Source of the DNA: Octopus sinensis
Lineage: Eukaryota
Length of the DNA: 64,000 bases
Reading direction: 5' to 3'
Assembly: GCF_006345805.1 (NCBI RefSeq)
Contig: NC_042997.1
Coordinates: 135,160,001-135,224,000 of the forward strand
Shown piece by piece: positions 50,036-63,742 of the stretch (position 1 is its first letter; every line of letters starts with the position of its first letter). The notes under the pieces are model-generated. The model made no database searches. It saw nothing but the letters and a program-made list of their open reading frames with translations, and was not told the origin of the DNA. The translations under genes were made by a program, and so were the position numbers.

Positions 50036-52761
50036 AAAAGAGTTAATAATGAATTCTAAAATAGAGCGTACATTTGGGAGGAAGAGTATAGTTGATTATA
50101 TTGAAAACTAATACTCAAAAATAATTGTTTTTAATAATAGCAATTAAATGTCTTAAATATATATATATATATATGAGATTATTGTTCATTCCAATAAGAA
50201 TTTTAGGAATATTTACCTAATCATTAGAGATGAAACAATTTTAATTTACGTTTTTCAAATTTATATGAAAACATATTATATATCAAACTTTGTAATTTAA
50301 TGCTCTGAACAGTTATTATTAACGAGTTTATATTTAGTGCAACTGAACATCGTGAAACTGTCTGTGTAGACACGCAAGTATGCGCGCGCCCGTGTATTTG
50401 TATAACCGTATGAATTAATGCAATCTGATTATTTACGAATGAGTCTATAAAATATATTTATGTGTATATATATATATATATATATGCATATCACTATATG
50501 TTAAATATATACATGCGCGTGCAGGTTTGTAAACATATATATATATAAATGCATGGCAGGACGAGGTAAAATGTCTATATGTGTGTGAGAGTGATTGTAT
50601 GTGTGTGTGTCTGTGTGTGTGTACGTGTGTGTATGTGTGTGTACGGGCGGCGCGCGTGTGTGTGTGTATGTTTGTGCATGTGTGTGTGCGCGAGCGTGCA
50701 TGGAAAGCCATGAATCGCCTTTTCAGCAGGACACCTGTTCTTTATCTATCATACTCACATTTCTCTCAGTTGAGGAGTCTTCTCTTGCGAATTATTTAGC
50801 CACTCTGGAGTTACTTGGTTGATCTCTTGCCGATGCAACGAAATGCAGCATCCAGTACATTCTATCATATGACCGATGTTTGCAAGGGTACCCAGCAATA
50901 AAAACCATGTTAAAGCATATATTGGAGGTCAGCGCATTCCACTGGCTCGTCGGTGCAAGTTGAACCCTCCAACACATGCCTGCATAAAAAGAGACACTAA
51001 CCGCTTATGACATTCATATGCGCATCTATGTGACTCGATGTTTGTTTTCCACTCGCAAGATTCTGGTTTCAGTCTCACGGCATGACATCTTGAGCAGGAG
51101 TCTTCTACTATTGCTCCGGGCCGATGTATATATATACTCGGTCAATATTTTCAAGTGATGCACGAAAGCTACGTTGTCAGAGCTACTTTGCCTGCTCGAA
51201 GACACGACGAGTTGAAGTAGCAGAAGCTCAACATCGCAACAAAGACACAAATCAATTTTTCGTGGACCAAAATAGACTCATGTTAATCGACACCGAACAT
51301 ATAAGAGCGGCTTTTCACTAGCACTTCGATCGACTATTCGGAACGAGTGGCTGGCATGAAGGCTGGATGTGGTTCAGTGTTTATCTCGTCTGTTCAATTT
51401 GCTATCTGGTACTGAAGCGAGTGCAAAAAGCTCGACATGTGTCTACCAGTTCAAAGGGGACTCTTATAATTGCCTAAAACGAGTTTTCTCCATGGCGTAT
51501 TGCAGTGTAAAGTGACTTTATACACGTAATTTAAGTCCCAAACATTTTGGAACTAATATCAAGTTTGTTTATATTGCACCACCTATATACATAAAACCAG
51601 AGGGGTGCCATCACCGACATCTAAACAATGCAAAGTGCATTGGAATCACATGATAGTCTGGTTTTGTTAGAAATACATTAGAGGTGTATGGATATGATAA
51701 GACTTGTCTTAATATATATTTTTTTACGGCTGAGTGTAACATTAATATTTCAAAGTTAACTAGCAACTTATAAGAGGTCGCATCTTGAGAGAAAATAAAA
51801 TAACTGGAGATTTTTCAAACTACATTTTGTAATGTATAGATGCTTTTCTTTTCTTTCCGGGTTACACATCGCACAAACCTGTTAATAACTTTTAATGCAC
51901 GTATTACACACACTTTCATTTTTAAAAGACAGTCAAAATATTTTAAAGAAAGCTCTCACTTGTAGTTCGCCATTATTTTAATCCACCCAAAGTGCCATTA
52001 AAATGTAAAAAATCAACTCAATGCTTTACTTATATTTTCCTGATTATTGTTGCTTTCTCACAGGAAATCTAATGCGACGAAATACTTGTCTTCCCATTCT
52101 TAATATTATTAATATATAATAAGATGTGAAAACGAAATGTTCGTTAAAAATGTACATTTTCTATAATGTCACTTATCGAAAACACCTTAGATTGTTGAAA
52201 GTAAAACTCGTAAGAGGAATATCTATAACGCCATGAAAGTTAAAAACAAAACAATTTTAACCATATTTATATAAGAATGAAGGGACGCATTTATGTGTTT
52301 AACAAATCTCAAGATAAAATAAATATTGTCATTTCATACTATGGGCCGGAAATTTAATTTAGAATGCTTAGATATTTCTGCTCATATTTTCATAGTCAAT
52401 ATTCTTCCTTCTAAAGCGTTCTTTGGGAAATTGAAATACATCTAACTGAAAGTAAACTCTTCATTTCTCCATCGGAATATTTTGAATGAGTCTGATTCTC
52501 AGTAAACATTCACAAGTAATCTCACTGAACGTTTCATCATTTATTGTTGATGCTGTTGTCTCAAACTTTATGTCCTTCTTCAGTTTAGTAAAAGCTTATG
52601 GAAACTGGCTGTGAATAAAATATTAATGATCATATTAGTAATGAAGGCAACATTAATGATAACGTTTCGTTATATTATTTAAATGAATGACGGTTTTTAA
52701 TTTATTTTGCTACAAATTTCTTTCTGTTATCTTTTTCTTCAAATATTTCTTATGCAATCAG

Positions 52762-52915
52762 AGGTGTTGCCACAATAGATATCGAATTAACAAATATTGA
52801 CATTAACCAATGTGATGTACAAGGGGATATCACGCAAGATATTAACCAGAATGCTAAAGCAAAGAAGATTGTGGATATTTTTCGGGGAACGCACAGCTGC
52901 CAGAAAACAACGAAG
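52762..52915 (+). CDS. GPR158-like: GPCR exon: end of Cache domain and start of Cys-rich region
   Basis: atcag|A GGT...AAG|gtatgc; '(R)GVATIDIELTNIDINQCD...FRGTHSCQKTTK'. Confidence 0.95.
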
Positions 52916-53540
52916 GTATGCTTTATTACTTCTTTCCGATTGAAATATAGCAGCGAAAACTAATAATTCTGTGAAATCGGTGGTGTGCCCGTCAAATTGC
53001 TATTTAGCAACCATATATTTATTGAGTTCGTGTGTGTTCATAATGCTAAACATTAAATATAATAAAAAGGAGAGGCAGCAGAAATAGATGATAATAATTC
53101 TTAAATCGAATTTTTGGTACAAGGCCAGCAATTTTTAGGTGAAGGGATCAGTCGATTATATTCGATCCCACTGCTCAACTTGTACTTGCTGTTTTATATT
53201 TTCCGACATGTCAAAAATATTGCTGGTGCTGCTGTTGCTCTTTTAGTTCATGCTTCTTCAAAAAACAATTTTAAAAGAAAAGCTTCAAAAGTCTTCAGTT
53301 TTCTGTGGAATGGATAATGCGATTGAATATCATTTATGTTTTTTCTCTTGCATTTAATTACATTTGTGATGACTCTCTTTATCTACTGTTTGCTTAACTT
53401 CATGATTATAAATTGAAGAGAAAATGTAATAGGTTAAGGCCCATTGGTTAATACGCTGGCACCTCCGGACATATTTCGAACCTATAACTCATATTACGAG
53501 ATCTTAAAATTACTTACATGCGTTCTTTTCCTATTTTCAG

Positions 53541-53876
53541 TGTGTCCATGTACCCAAATGCGGTTTTCGGCGTGGCTGTTACATATGCAAATGCCTTGAT
53601 GGTTATTATTTTCCTTATAAAGATCAACACGCTCAATATTTCAATGGTTCTGATTTAGAAGATTTTTATGGTCAGAATAAATTAAATTCATCCAATGAAC
53701 TCAATAATTTCCAATGCTTACCCTGCGCACGGTATTGTGACACATGTATCGATTCATCACCCTGCATGCATCAGCCAAACATTGCAATTCGTGTGATGAT
53801 CTTGGTAATGTCAGCAATAACACTGCTCATTATGATTGCATTAGCAGTCGTTGTCTGCCATAAACGTAGTCAGCTG
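53541..53876 (+). CDS. GPR158-like: GPCR exon: EGF-like/Cys-rich region and TM1
   Basis: ttttcag|...CTG|gtaagt; 'CVHVPKCGFRRGCYICKCLDGYYFP...FNGSDLE...CLPCARYCDTCIDSSPC...IRVMILVMSAITLLIMIALAVVVC'. Confidence 0.95.
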
Positions 53877-55547
53877 GTAAGTTAATTAAATTAGTAACGT
53901 AATGCAGCTTAATGCTCATAACTAAATATCATTAAAATACTTATGAAAGAATCTTTCATATATTTCTAGAACACCTTTGAATAGATCTAAAGATTCATTG
54001 AGCTAATGAAAGAATAGCAAAGCCTCTTCGAAATCTCGACATCTTAAAACTGAAATATGGATAGAATGAATAATGTAGTTTCAGATGAACTATAAAATAT
54101 GATGGGCGGCTTGTGAGGGCTTATGACAATGTTACACGTTGCATGATCATGCCATTGGCCACTAAACCGCCACCCCACCAGTCTAGGCTACTTACGAGGG
54201 TTTCCAGAAACCCAACATAACAAAACCAAAACCTATCAACAAGTCAAATAAATCTTTGATAGCGCAATGGCTAGGTAACATTAGAGAAAATTAGAGTTGG
54301 AAATTGAATATACAGTAAAACTACAGGGAGTGACAGTCCCTGAGTTCTAGAAAGAACACCAACCTAGGAGAGGAAAAACAATAAGTTAATATCCTCACTG
54401 GTTTACAGATACAAATCTGGTGCATTATTACCAATGAAAGACCTCCAGCTGTGTGTTAAACAGTTTCGCTGTCTTGTAAATGTTCGAAATATTATAAGGG
54501 CTAAGGGAAACAACTATGACAGAAACAGTGGAACGCAGATGATTAGACGGTTTTGTTGTCACATTCTGCCAAGTCCCTAGCATCTCCTAAATCCAATCTT
54601 ATGTCCTGCAGCTGAACCCAATTTATTTGGGACAAGAGATCGTTGATAATGTGGAGTATGTTTTAATTACTTAAAATTAGGTCACGATCAAGACATGACT
54701 TTAAAACCAACTGACTCAGGCATCTTGGAACTGCAAACACACGGGGATCTTTCGTTGTAGCAATCAGGGTTTATCGCACGCATGTATTAATGAATACTGC
54801 TGCTAGTTATTTCGTCGTTCGTAAGGGCTAGTAGTTTTTAAAAGGCAAGTAACAGAGAAAAGAAAGAAATTTCAATGTATGCATAATAATCACAATATAA
54901 GAATAGTTTTGTAGCCAAAGGTACTTTTGATTAGGGCGATTGTCGCTAATGTTTTCTTACAGAACAAATAGATAAAACAACTCTTCAGTATATTGGATAT
55001 CGCTAAACTGAGAAGCAGAAAAACAATATCGTGACAGCAATTCTATAAAAAATTGATTGAGAAGAATAAAATTCTTCGCATTTTATACAATCTTGAAGAA
55101 TCAATCATTTCCTGAAACGTCTTGGATTATTAAGAGTGACACAAAATCCTTAATGTTTTAGGAGTGTTGACTGAATTAAAGACAAATCTACACATATTCA
55201 TCATATTATCATAGGAAATGTTCCTTGAAGCTCTAGCACACATTTTTGGCAGTTAAGTAACTAGAAGCACTATAATAGTGTTTCATCGACAGTAACACAA
55301 TTAAAGAATTGTATCGCTTTTAAAATCGACAGTTCTGTATCTAGACAGGCATTTCAAGTCTACATATAACATTCCTAAAATAGAAATATTGATTGTAAGT
55401 TTTAATCCAAATAAACTCAATTCTTTTATTCTTTGTGCACACAAAAATTTAAACAATATGGAAATCCTGATATAATTATGCACTATGATCTCAGAAACTA
55501 TTTTGCAATATTTTATAATAAATATAACATTCTTATCAAATTTTCAG

Positions 55548-55616
55548 GTTATCAAATCAGCTAGCCCAATATTTCTCCTAATGATGTGTTTAGGTGGATC
55601 CATTATGTCATTTGAG
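55548..55616 (+). CDS. GPR158-like: GPCR exon: ICL1 and TM2
   Basis: ttttcag|...GAG|gtacgt; 'VIKSASPIFLLMMCLGGSIMSFE', the class C ASP motif. Confidence 0.93.
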
Positions 55617-57722
55617 GTACGTACTTCTAGAAATATATTGATATGTTTCATAATGTTCATAGAATTGAACTCCTAATATTTAAGAACAAATTTTCATAAG
55701 CTAGTTCATTCCAATCGATTTTATTTTTGTCTCTCATTTTTTTTTTCTCTCTTGAATTTATTTTAATTCACATAAAATTCTAATATCGTCGAGAATAGGT
55801 AACGTTTTCAGGATAGTTGGTAACTTGCACAAAATTCTTACTCTGCATAATACAACCTCACTGTTCAACATAGGAGAAGAAACCAATAGTTGCCGATGTC
55901 TATACATAATAGCGAAGTTTATTGAATTTTCTTTGTATTTTCATTTTCATTTAGTCGATTTTCATTGTATCAGAAATGTAATTTAAAATAACATAGAAGG
56001 AGCCTCGTGATTGAATTGTCATTGTCTGTAAACCGTGAAGTAAAACGGTAAACACCTGAAAATTGGTACCTGGAGTCATTGAACTAGATGTTTCCAACGA
56101 TTCATATTTCATCAATTATATTTGCATTCTCCTATAAATGGCACCACAAGAATATAATAGAAGAGAAAGTAACCCTACGGCTAGATTAATCCAGTTTAAG
56201 GCCCCTACATTCGATAGTTTATATTAAAACATTGATCAAATTATGAGATCTACAGTTGATTACTAATGGGCTTCGACCGACAGTGAGAATTATTCTTGTT
56301 ATCACCCACAAAAACATAGAATTCAAACGTCATTGATATCCTAAAGGCGTCGTTGTTGATCAGATGTAAAACAGAACACTACGTATTTCGGGAGTAGGAA
56401 TATTAAACAATAATTTCGTCTCTTATGATTTTATCCACTCGTTGCTTTCGACTATTTAAGTACGTTATGGTGACGTAAGAAATCGCTGTTGAAGATTTTC
56501 TTTGACACTACTGGCGTGTTAACTGTTTTATATATTTGCGAGATATGCCAATAAATAAGAACGAAGAGAGAAGGTTGAAAATTTTTAATGTCAAGTGATG
56601 AAGGTATATCTTCCTTATAACCTGACGGGATCGCCTTATCCAGGCAATATGTCAGTGTCTCAATGATGAACAAACAATTATACATCTGAAATGTGAGATC
56701 GTATAGTGAGTCACACACATTATGCTTTGCAAAACAAGGCATGAACTGGGAGCCAGAAAAAGGAGACGATATGTTAAGTAATGATAACATATTGTCTGAA
56801 GTTCTACGGCGTTGTGAGAACATAACCATAGTAACTGGATCCTGCAATGTTTGCAGCACCATGTTCATGTATGTGTCAACACGTACATTACTTCCAGTCT
56901 ACCTAATACTAAGTCAAAGCAAGTCATGAGTGACATACAGACTTGTTTTCCCTTTAATAAAATTTTCTAATATTATAGTTGCGTACAGGAAATCAATAGT
57001 CATTAGAAAAATTGTAACCTACTTACAGAGATGGTATTCCAGAATTAAAAAGCAGTACGTTATAAGCAAATATTTTAATATATAGTATTACTGGGTATTA
57101 ACCTCACTTACAAATTATTTTCGATAATGTCTGCATATGCTTTATAAATGCATAGACTTTATTGATTAGATATCATTTTTCTGTGTGAAAGAACAAAATT
57201 CAAAATACACAGCTGACAGTACTGTCTATTCCATCTCAATTATGCTGACAAAATCCATAGTATTGATCACCATGGTGCGGGAATTGACATTTTCAACCAG
57301 TTTAAATGCGACTGAATTATATACGTAGATTTCACAACGATAGGAACAACGTAAGTGATCTACGACGAAACAAGTATTGGTTTAACCCTGGGAAATTTCT
57401 ATGATTTAATTCTCAGTTTATTCTATGTGCGACTCAAATTTAATATTAGCATTAAATCAGATTTCCCAACTTAGCATTTCCAATCGCAGCTATTGGCACT
57501 ATTGTCTAGTTACCTGACCTGCTAGAAACAGTAAGTGAATACCCATTATATCACGTATTATAGTAAGGAAAAGAACAGGTTGCATAATATATCTTGGATG
57601 AGAAGCGTCTGAAAAAAGATTAGGTAGACAGCGTTGAAATGAAGGCATTTGATCATAGCTCTGATCGTAGAGATAGACAGACGAACATTCAGACAGGCAG
57701 ACTGACAGACAGACAGACAAAC

Positions 57723-57805
<83 letters not shown>

Positions 57806-57971
57806 GAGATAGATACGGACCGACAGATTGATATGTTGGCGGGTGGATAAAGTGAGTGATAGGGAGCTAAAAGTACGTTTGATAAATTATCTAACTTTAT
57901 TTTCCCAAGTCTAAAATTTATACATTTACTTTTTATGCTCATTTAACAACAAAATTTATTTAAAAAGAATA

Positions 57972-58787
57972 CGAGACGCGTTCAAATTGTATCCGATTTT
58001 ATTTTTCCCGCCAAAATTGAGGCCAAGTTGGTAAACTACTTAGGGTGGAAGGTGAGGCCACTCTTTCTGCGTATGGGTGAACATTTTTCGCACTGGTAGA
58101 TGGCGTCAATTCTAGGCTGTTATGCCTTGAGTACAGATGTATAGTGCATGCACGTTGGATTTTCGTTTTCACAGAACGCATCGAGCAGAGATACTGCATT
58201 GTGTCTTTCGAAAATCTTTGGGATACTCAAGCTCAAACCATCCAGAAGATTTAGCAGGCCTTTGACAATGATGTCAGATCAAGAAGTGGAATAATTACAT
58301 GAAATATAGCCGCATTTCAGAGGAGCGTGAGGCACGCTCAGGCAGGCTACTGACAAGCCGGAACAAAGAGCCGATTAAGAATATTCGACAAATAGTCATG
58401 GAAGACCGCCATGTAAAAGTCTAGGAAATTTCTCACGAAGTGGGAATAAGCTTTGGTTCAGTGCATTCCGCATGGAAATCGCTCAGGACAATTTGAACTG
58501 TACAAACCATAAACCCATACTTCATGAAGACCATTATCACCGGTGATGAGACATGGTTTTCAGTCTCTGCTGGGTACGGTCATCTTGCGTATGAACGAAA
58601 TTCCAACAAGCGCGCACTACACGCCTGTATACTAGGCATAACAGCCGGGAACTGACGCGGCCTGCTGACATGAAAGTTTGTATGCGTGCGCAGATAGAGG
58701 GGAGTTACTTCCCACACAAAGAATTTTTCCCATGCCGCTTTAGTTTTGGTAGAAAAGAAGTTCAATACATTTTGAATGTCGACTCAG
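57972..58787 (+). mobile_element. Internally deleted mariner with TIRs and TA TSD
   Basis: TA|CGAGACGCGTTCAAATTGTAT ... ATACATTTTGAATGTCGACTCAG|TA; 'ERIEQRYCI', 'EARSGRLLTSRN' and 'FMKTIITGDETW'. Confidence 0.85.
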
Positions 58788-61175
58788 TATAGTATGTTGA
58801 AATATAATGCGTTTATATCCCATCATAAATATTGTTTTTCATACTGCTACATTATAACTGAAATAAGTTAAAGGAAATAAGTCAAAAGGACCATAGGCGT
58901 GAACTGGGATAGTTTAGTTTTAATGTATAGTATACTGTAGGAAAAGAAAAAAATAATCAGAATTTTCTTTCTTGTTCGGAGAAACAAAACAAAATCAATA
59001 TGGCAATGGTTTGCAATTCTCAAAATTAGGTGAGTAATAATTCGAAGAATTTAAGAATTATTTTCTCTAGCTTGTTTACATGCTTAGGGAAAGAACTTTA
59101 TGGATATGAACTTATCTGGACTGATACACTGTTGACATCAGATGTTTTAAGTGCTTAGCCAGCACTCGCAAGCAAGCATGAGCTGGTAGATTACACCACA
59201 CTTTCATTAACTGTTTTATGCACTTCTGTACTTGTGTGCAGTTATAGACATTCTATTAATAGTTTCACCTTTCATCCAGAGAAACTTGGGGGAAGTGACA
59301 GATAGCGAAAAAGACTGACAGACAGACACAGACAAACAAGAAGAGAGACAGGGAGAGAGCGCATCCCCGATACTTGTACGCATTTTCAACGTGTTCCCAA
59401 GTCAAAGAATCGAACCCACGACCTTATGTTCCTGAGGCCAATATCTTAAGTACTAAATCATGTGCTTTCAGATATTTTTAATGCCATAGTATTTATATAA
59501 AAAAGAAAAAAATTTAAAATATTAATACTCATCAAATTTCATTTTAAGTTACATCGAAGAGAAGAACAATAGTTTAAATTGATCCAGTATATCCAGACTA
59601 TATTCACAATAATTCTGTATTTAAACAATAAATGCTTATTAAATACTTAAAGATATGCACATGTTTGAATATGTGTTCGGTATATGTAATGCAAATGATA
59701 TAATTTTGACATAGGAGGAGAATACAGAATTAAACAGAATTGATACTAGCGGAGGAATATCTGTCGGTAACTGAAGTTTTTTAACAGTTAAACGAAGTTA
59801 TTTTTCATGCACAATGGTACAGTCATATTTAAACATATTTTGTTGCTTTAGTGTATGTATGAATATCTAGATTTAGAGCCAGGGAGAGAGATTCGACCGA
59901 CCGTTTTGCTTGAAATAAAAACTAAAAGCCTCTGAAATTGAAGCAAACCGTTGTAAATATGGACGACTTATTGGACAATACAGCATTAGACGTACCTAAG
60001 ATATTGGATAGATTTGCTTGATACTTCTAGATTTAACTGAGGTTTCTATTCGGATGCTGTATAAGAAATAAAAGGATGTTGTCAACAACACCAGTGGTGC
60101 GAACAATTTTAGTATGACTTACTCTAGGAATAAAATCATTAAAAAATCCATTTGTGTAGTTAAGACTATGCAACGTTGAATAATTATTTTATTTTCATAC
60201 ATTTTAATCATTATTTATATACTGCTTGTCTAATCTAATATTCATATCATAACTTCAATGTGTTCTGAACTTCCAAATAATAACAATGAATGACCTAATT
60301 AATTGAATAAAAAGCAATTAGAGTGCCACATATTCTAGTAGAGTATTAGAATTGGCCCTATCCATTGTAGTACTTTGCCGCATATTATTAGAGTTTGCTC
60401 TATGAAATTGTGCACAAAGTATGGATATTAACACCTGGATTTTTCTCTATTTCGTTGTATATACATAGTTTTTTTTCTATGTAGAGTTTTCCATACTTTT
60501 TAAATCTATACGGTCGTATATTGGAATTATAGAATATATTTTAGTGGTTTTCACATTTTTTTTTATTTATCATTTATTTATATGTTGCAATTGTGTATTA
60601 TTACTTGTTTAGAGAATATTATAAAAGTGAAAGGATTATATCTATTTATTTATTTCGACGGTCCACCTGCGATGGTGATTATATTGACTAGGAACACTGA
60701 AGGCGATGAATGTCCAATACCAAGCAAATTTCGCTTTCGTGTAAAACAATTGTATTTTGTAATTATTATCCGTAATCTACTCCTAAAACACTTCAGTAGC
60801 TCTACTTTGCATTGCTTGCAAACTTATATGTTCAATGATCATTAAAATGCAACGACCTGCACAATAATCAGCCTTCAATTTGGTTTTCCGGTTCTAGATT
60901 AATCGGAAAATTAGATTGCCGTCCTACTCGTAAACCTTCTCGGTAACTCAATTATTTGGTGACAAAAAAAAATACCACCAAAGCAACCTAAGCCATCCAA
61001 CGGACGGATGCGTTTACCAGTTGTATATATAAAACTTTAAAACTGAGGGTTTCTTTTTAATTGCGGATCCAGTGAGATGTTGTTGCAGATTCAAAAGTTT
61101 GATAACACCATGTAAAAAAATTGACTGTAATTCGAAATAAAACCGAAATAGAAATGCTGACATCACAGCCTATCT

Positions 61176-61238
<63 letters not shown>

Positions 61239-61474
61239 CACACACACACTCTCACTCTCGCTCTCTCTCTCTATGCATATATATACATATATATGAGTGT
61301 ATATATGTGTATATATATATGCAGAAATATGTTTAAGCGCGCGCTTAATAATGAGTAATTATAACATAATACTTCAAATAATGTGAAGCATAATAGAGAA
61401 TTAATTTAATCTTCAAAAAGCCTTAATCTGTTGAACCATTCGTCTTCGTTAAACGAAACGAGTTCTCTTTGCAG

Positions 61475-61584
61475 GAATTTATTCTTTACTTCGAACCAAC
61501 TGATTTAATCTGCCAAATCACAATATGGTGGAAACATTTAGGATTTGTTGTCATGTACGGTGCATTGATTTTAAAGACATGGAG
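61475..61584 (+). CDS. GPR158-like: GPCR exon: ECL1 and TM3
   Basis: tctttgcag|...TGG AG|gtattg; 'EFILYFEPTDLICQITIWWKHLGFVVMYGALILKTW(R)'. Confidence 0.93.
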
Positions 61585-61639
61585 GTATTGATGTTTTTGT
61601 TTACGTTTTAATTTATATCCAATCGGTAAATGTTTCATG

Positions 61640-61670
<31 letters not shown>

Positions 61671-61699
61671 AAGTGTGTGTGTGTGTGTTGACATATTCA

Positions 61700-61786
<87 letters not shown>

Positions 61787-61792
61787 ATATAA

Positions 61793-62025
61793 ACAAAAGA
61801 CGAAGGCAGGTGGAATACAAACAAACAATGTATTAGTATGGCGCTCAGGAATAGAAATAAAACAAGTCTTTTACGTTTCGAGCCTACGTTAGCTCCTACA
61901 CGCAATTTTTTCTCTCCTGGTTTCTTTTCTGTGTATCTTTCTGTCGAAGAGCGTAGGCTCGAAACGTAAAAGACTTGTTTTATTTCTATTCCTGAGCGCC
62001 ATACTAATACATTGTTTGTTTGTAT
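61793..62025. mobile_element. Inverted pair of PLE pLTR fragments forming a perfect 74-bp hairpin
   Basis: 61815-61888 is the exact reverse complement of 61952-62025; same family as 5443-5640; flanked by (TA)n. Confidence 0.9.
61936..61973 (+). ncRNA. Minimal type I hammerhead ribozyme (family A, core CUGUCGA), sense to the GPCR pre-mRNA
   Basis: UCUUU-CUGUCGA-A-GAGC(guag)GCUC-GAAAC-GUA-AAAGA; predicted cut after 61968. Confidence 0.75.
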
Positions 62026-62031
62026 ATATAT

Positions 62032-63114
62032 TGTTGTGAATGGTTCGGCTGGTGCAGTATTTCTTGACCTACTTTGTTGGGAGTGGAGTCTGAAAGTCTA
62101 CAGTACAAAATTATAGTCCTTTGTTTACGGAAGACTGATGGCCTTTGGAGGGACCCCTACCCTTTGCCGGTCAAGAAAGGGTCAGAGAAATGTGAGGGCC
62201 GAGGAAGACAGAGTAAGGAATCTGAGGAGCCTGTCGTCAGAGAATGACAGTGACAGCGTCGATGAAGACAGGCAGATAGGACCAAGCGGCGATAGAGAGA
62301 ATATTAGCAGTGCTAAGGGGAGATTGGGAGTGGTGAGAGAGCAAGAGGTTTTGGCAGTCGGTATTTGGTCGTCAAAGCGAGCGGTTGGATTTAGGAGCGA
62401 GGATTTGGAATTCGGGGCAAGAGTTTGGCAAGTTGGAGTTAGCAGCACTGGGAGAGATGAGGTGCAATATGGGACACTGGCTATTCTAGTAGGAACCAAG
62501 GTACGTGAATTGTATATTGATATGTGAAGGAAAAAGAATCGATGTATCGAAATGTTGAAAAGAAATGAGACAGTGAAAAGAACAATGTGAACTGTGTAAA
62601 GACATTGTGTACAGAGTTGTTGAAGAGAGAACTGTGTAATTGAACATTGATTTGTAACGTGAACTTATTTGTCTACGAACATTGTATATGCCTTTAATGT
62701 GATTTGAAACAGAACTGTGTCTCCGGACTGTTATATTGTATCTGCATGTTTAAATGCTTTGATCTGTGGTATACCTGTATGATGTATTGAGTTGTTACTT
62801 GCATGTCCTCTTTTAAATGTATCTGATATGAATTTGATGTGTTGTTACCGGACAGTTTAAATGCTTTGATGTATCTTGATATTAATTGATGTTGTAACAA
62901 TTGTAATAGTCATATAAACTAGTTGTTAAATGTGAGCCAATTGCCTTTCCTCTTTGTGTCTCTCTCGATTGCTTCTGTGCTGCTGCTGCTGTTGTTGTTG
63001 TATCTCTCTCTCCTCTCCGAGTTTCCGTGTCGAACATTCGCTGCATTGAACGGGCCTGTGTGAAGGACTCCGTAACAGCTTTCGTTCGTTCGACGGAGGT
63101 CCCCCCTCGTAACA
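62032..63114. mobile_element. Probable solo LTR (1083 bp)
   Basis: Termini TGTT...AACA with (AT)n on both sides, a compositional shift at the ends, and no convincing coding frame. Confidence 0.5.
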
Positions 63115-63271
63115 ATATATATATATATATATATATATATGATTCAAATATGAAAATGAAATAGAAGCAGCGATAGTATTGCAAGCATTATCGACCACAC
63201 AAACTCAACGTACAGGTACTGCTTGTGTGCCGGTAAGCTGTGATTTAGCACGATAGAGATGACCCGGTCAA

Positions 63272-63405
63272 CTTCTTTCAGTTACCGTCTACCAAATCCA
63301 CTCACAATGCTTTATTCGACCCAAGGCTATAGTAGAAGACACTTGCCCAAGATGCTACATAGTAGGATTGAGCCCTGAATCATGTGGTTAGAATGCAAGC
63401 TTCTT
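63272..63405 (-). mobile_element. Family 3 SINE, 5' part
   Basis: 'cttctttcagttaccgtctaccaaatccactcaca...ggctatagtagaagacacttgcccaag'. Confidence 0.8.
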
Positions 63406-63703
63406 GTATATACATATATTTTACATTCACTATTAATATCCCTACTCTTTTTGTTAGCTTCTTATGACGTTATATCATATAACGTTTATTTAAACGATAT
63501 TAATAGCGTTCTGTCTATCGCTATACAAATCCATAATTTTTTGCTAAAATGTCTTATTGACGAGTTTCGTTTTTTTTCACTTTCCTGAGGAGAAGATTGC
63601 ATTGTTTATACCATTTATTCTTTTGAATAGTATCAGTGGAATTTTCGAAACATGTGTCGAAAGTAAAAATATTTGATTACACCTGCGTTAACTCCATTTT
63701 TTA

Positions 63704-63742
<39 letters not shown>

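Larger units (their letters stand above)
40581..61584 (+). other. GPR158-like: Partial gene model: GPR158/GPR179-like class C GPCR, join(40581-41262,44155-44325,52762-52915,53541-53876,55548-55616,61475-61584)
   Basis: All junctions are GT-AG with compatible phases (2,2,0,0) and give a continuous stop-free frame of 506 full codons. Family-level call only; 5' and 3' exons are missing. Confidence 0.9.

Noticed and set aside
56452-56929. 138-aa and 78-aa intronic ORFs; likewise 8017-8334 and 14912-15235
   Set aside because: No recognisable motifs or splice support; possibly very old transposon debris.
62138-62527. Overlapping ORFs on both strands
   Set aside because: No recognisable domain; they lie inside the probable solo LTR.
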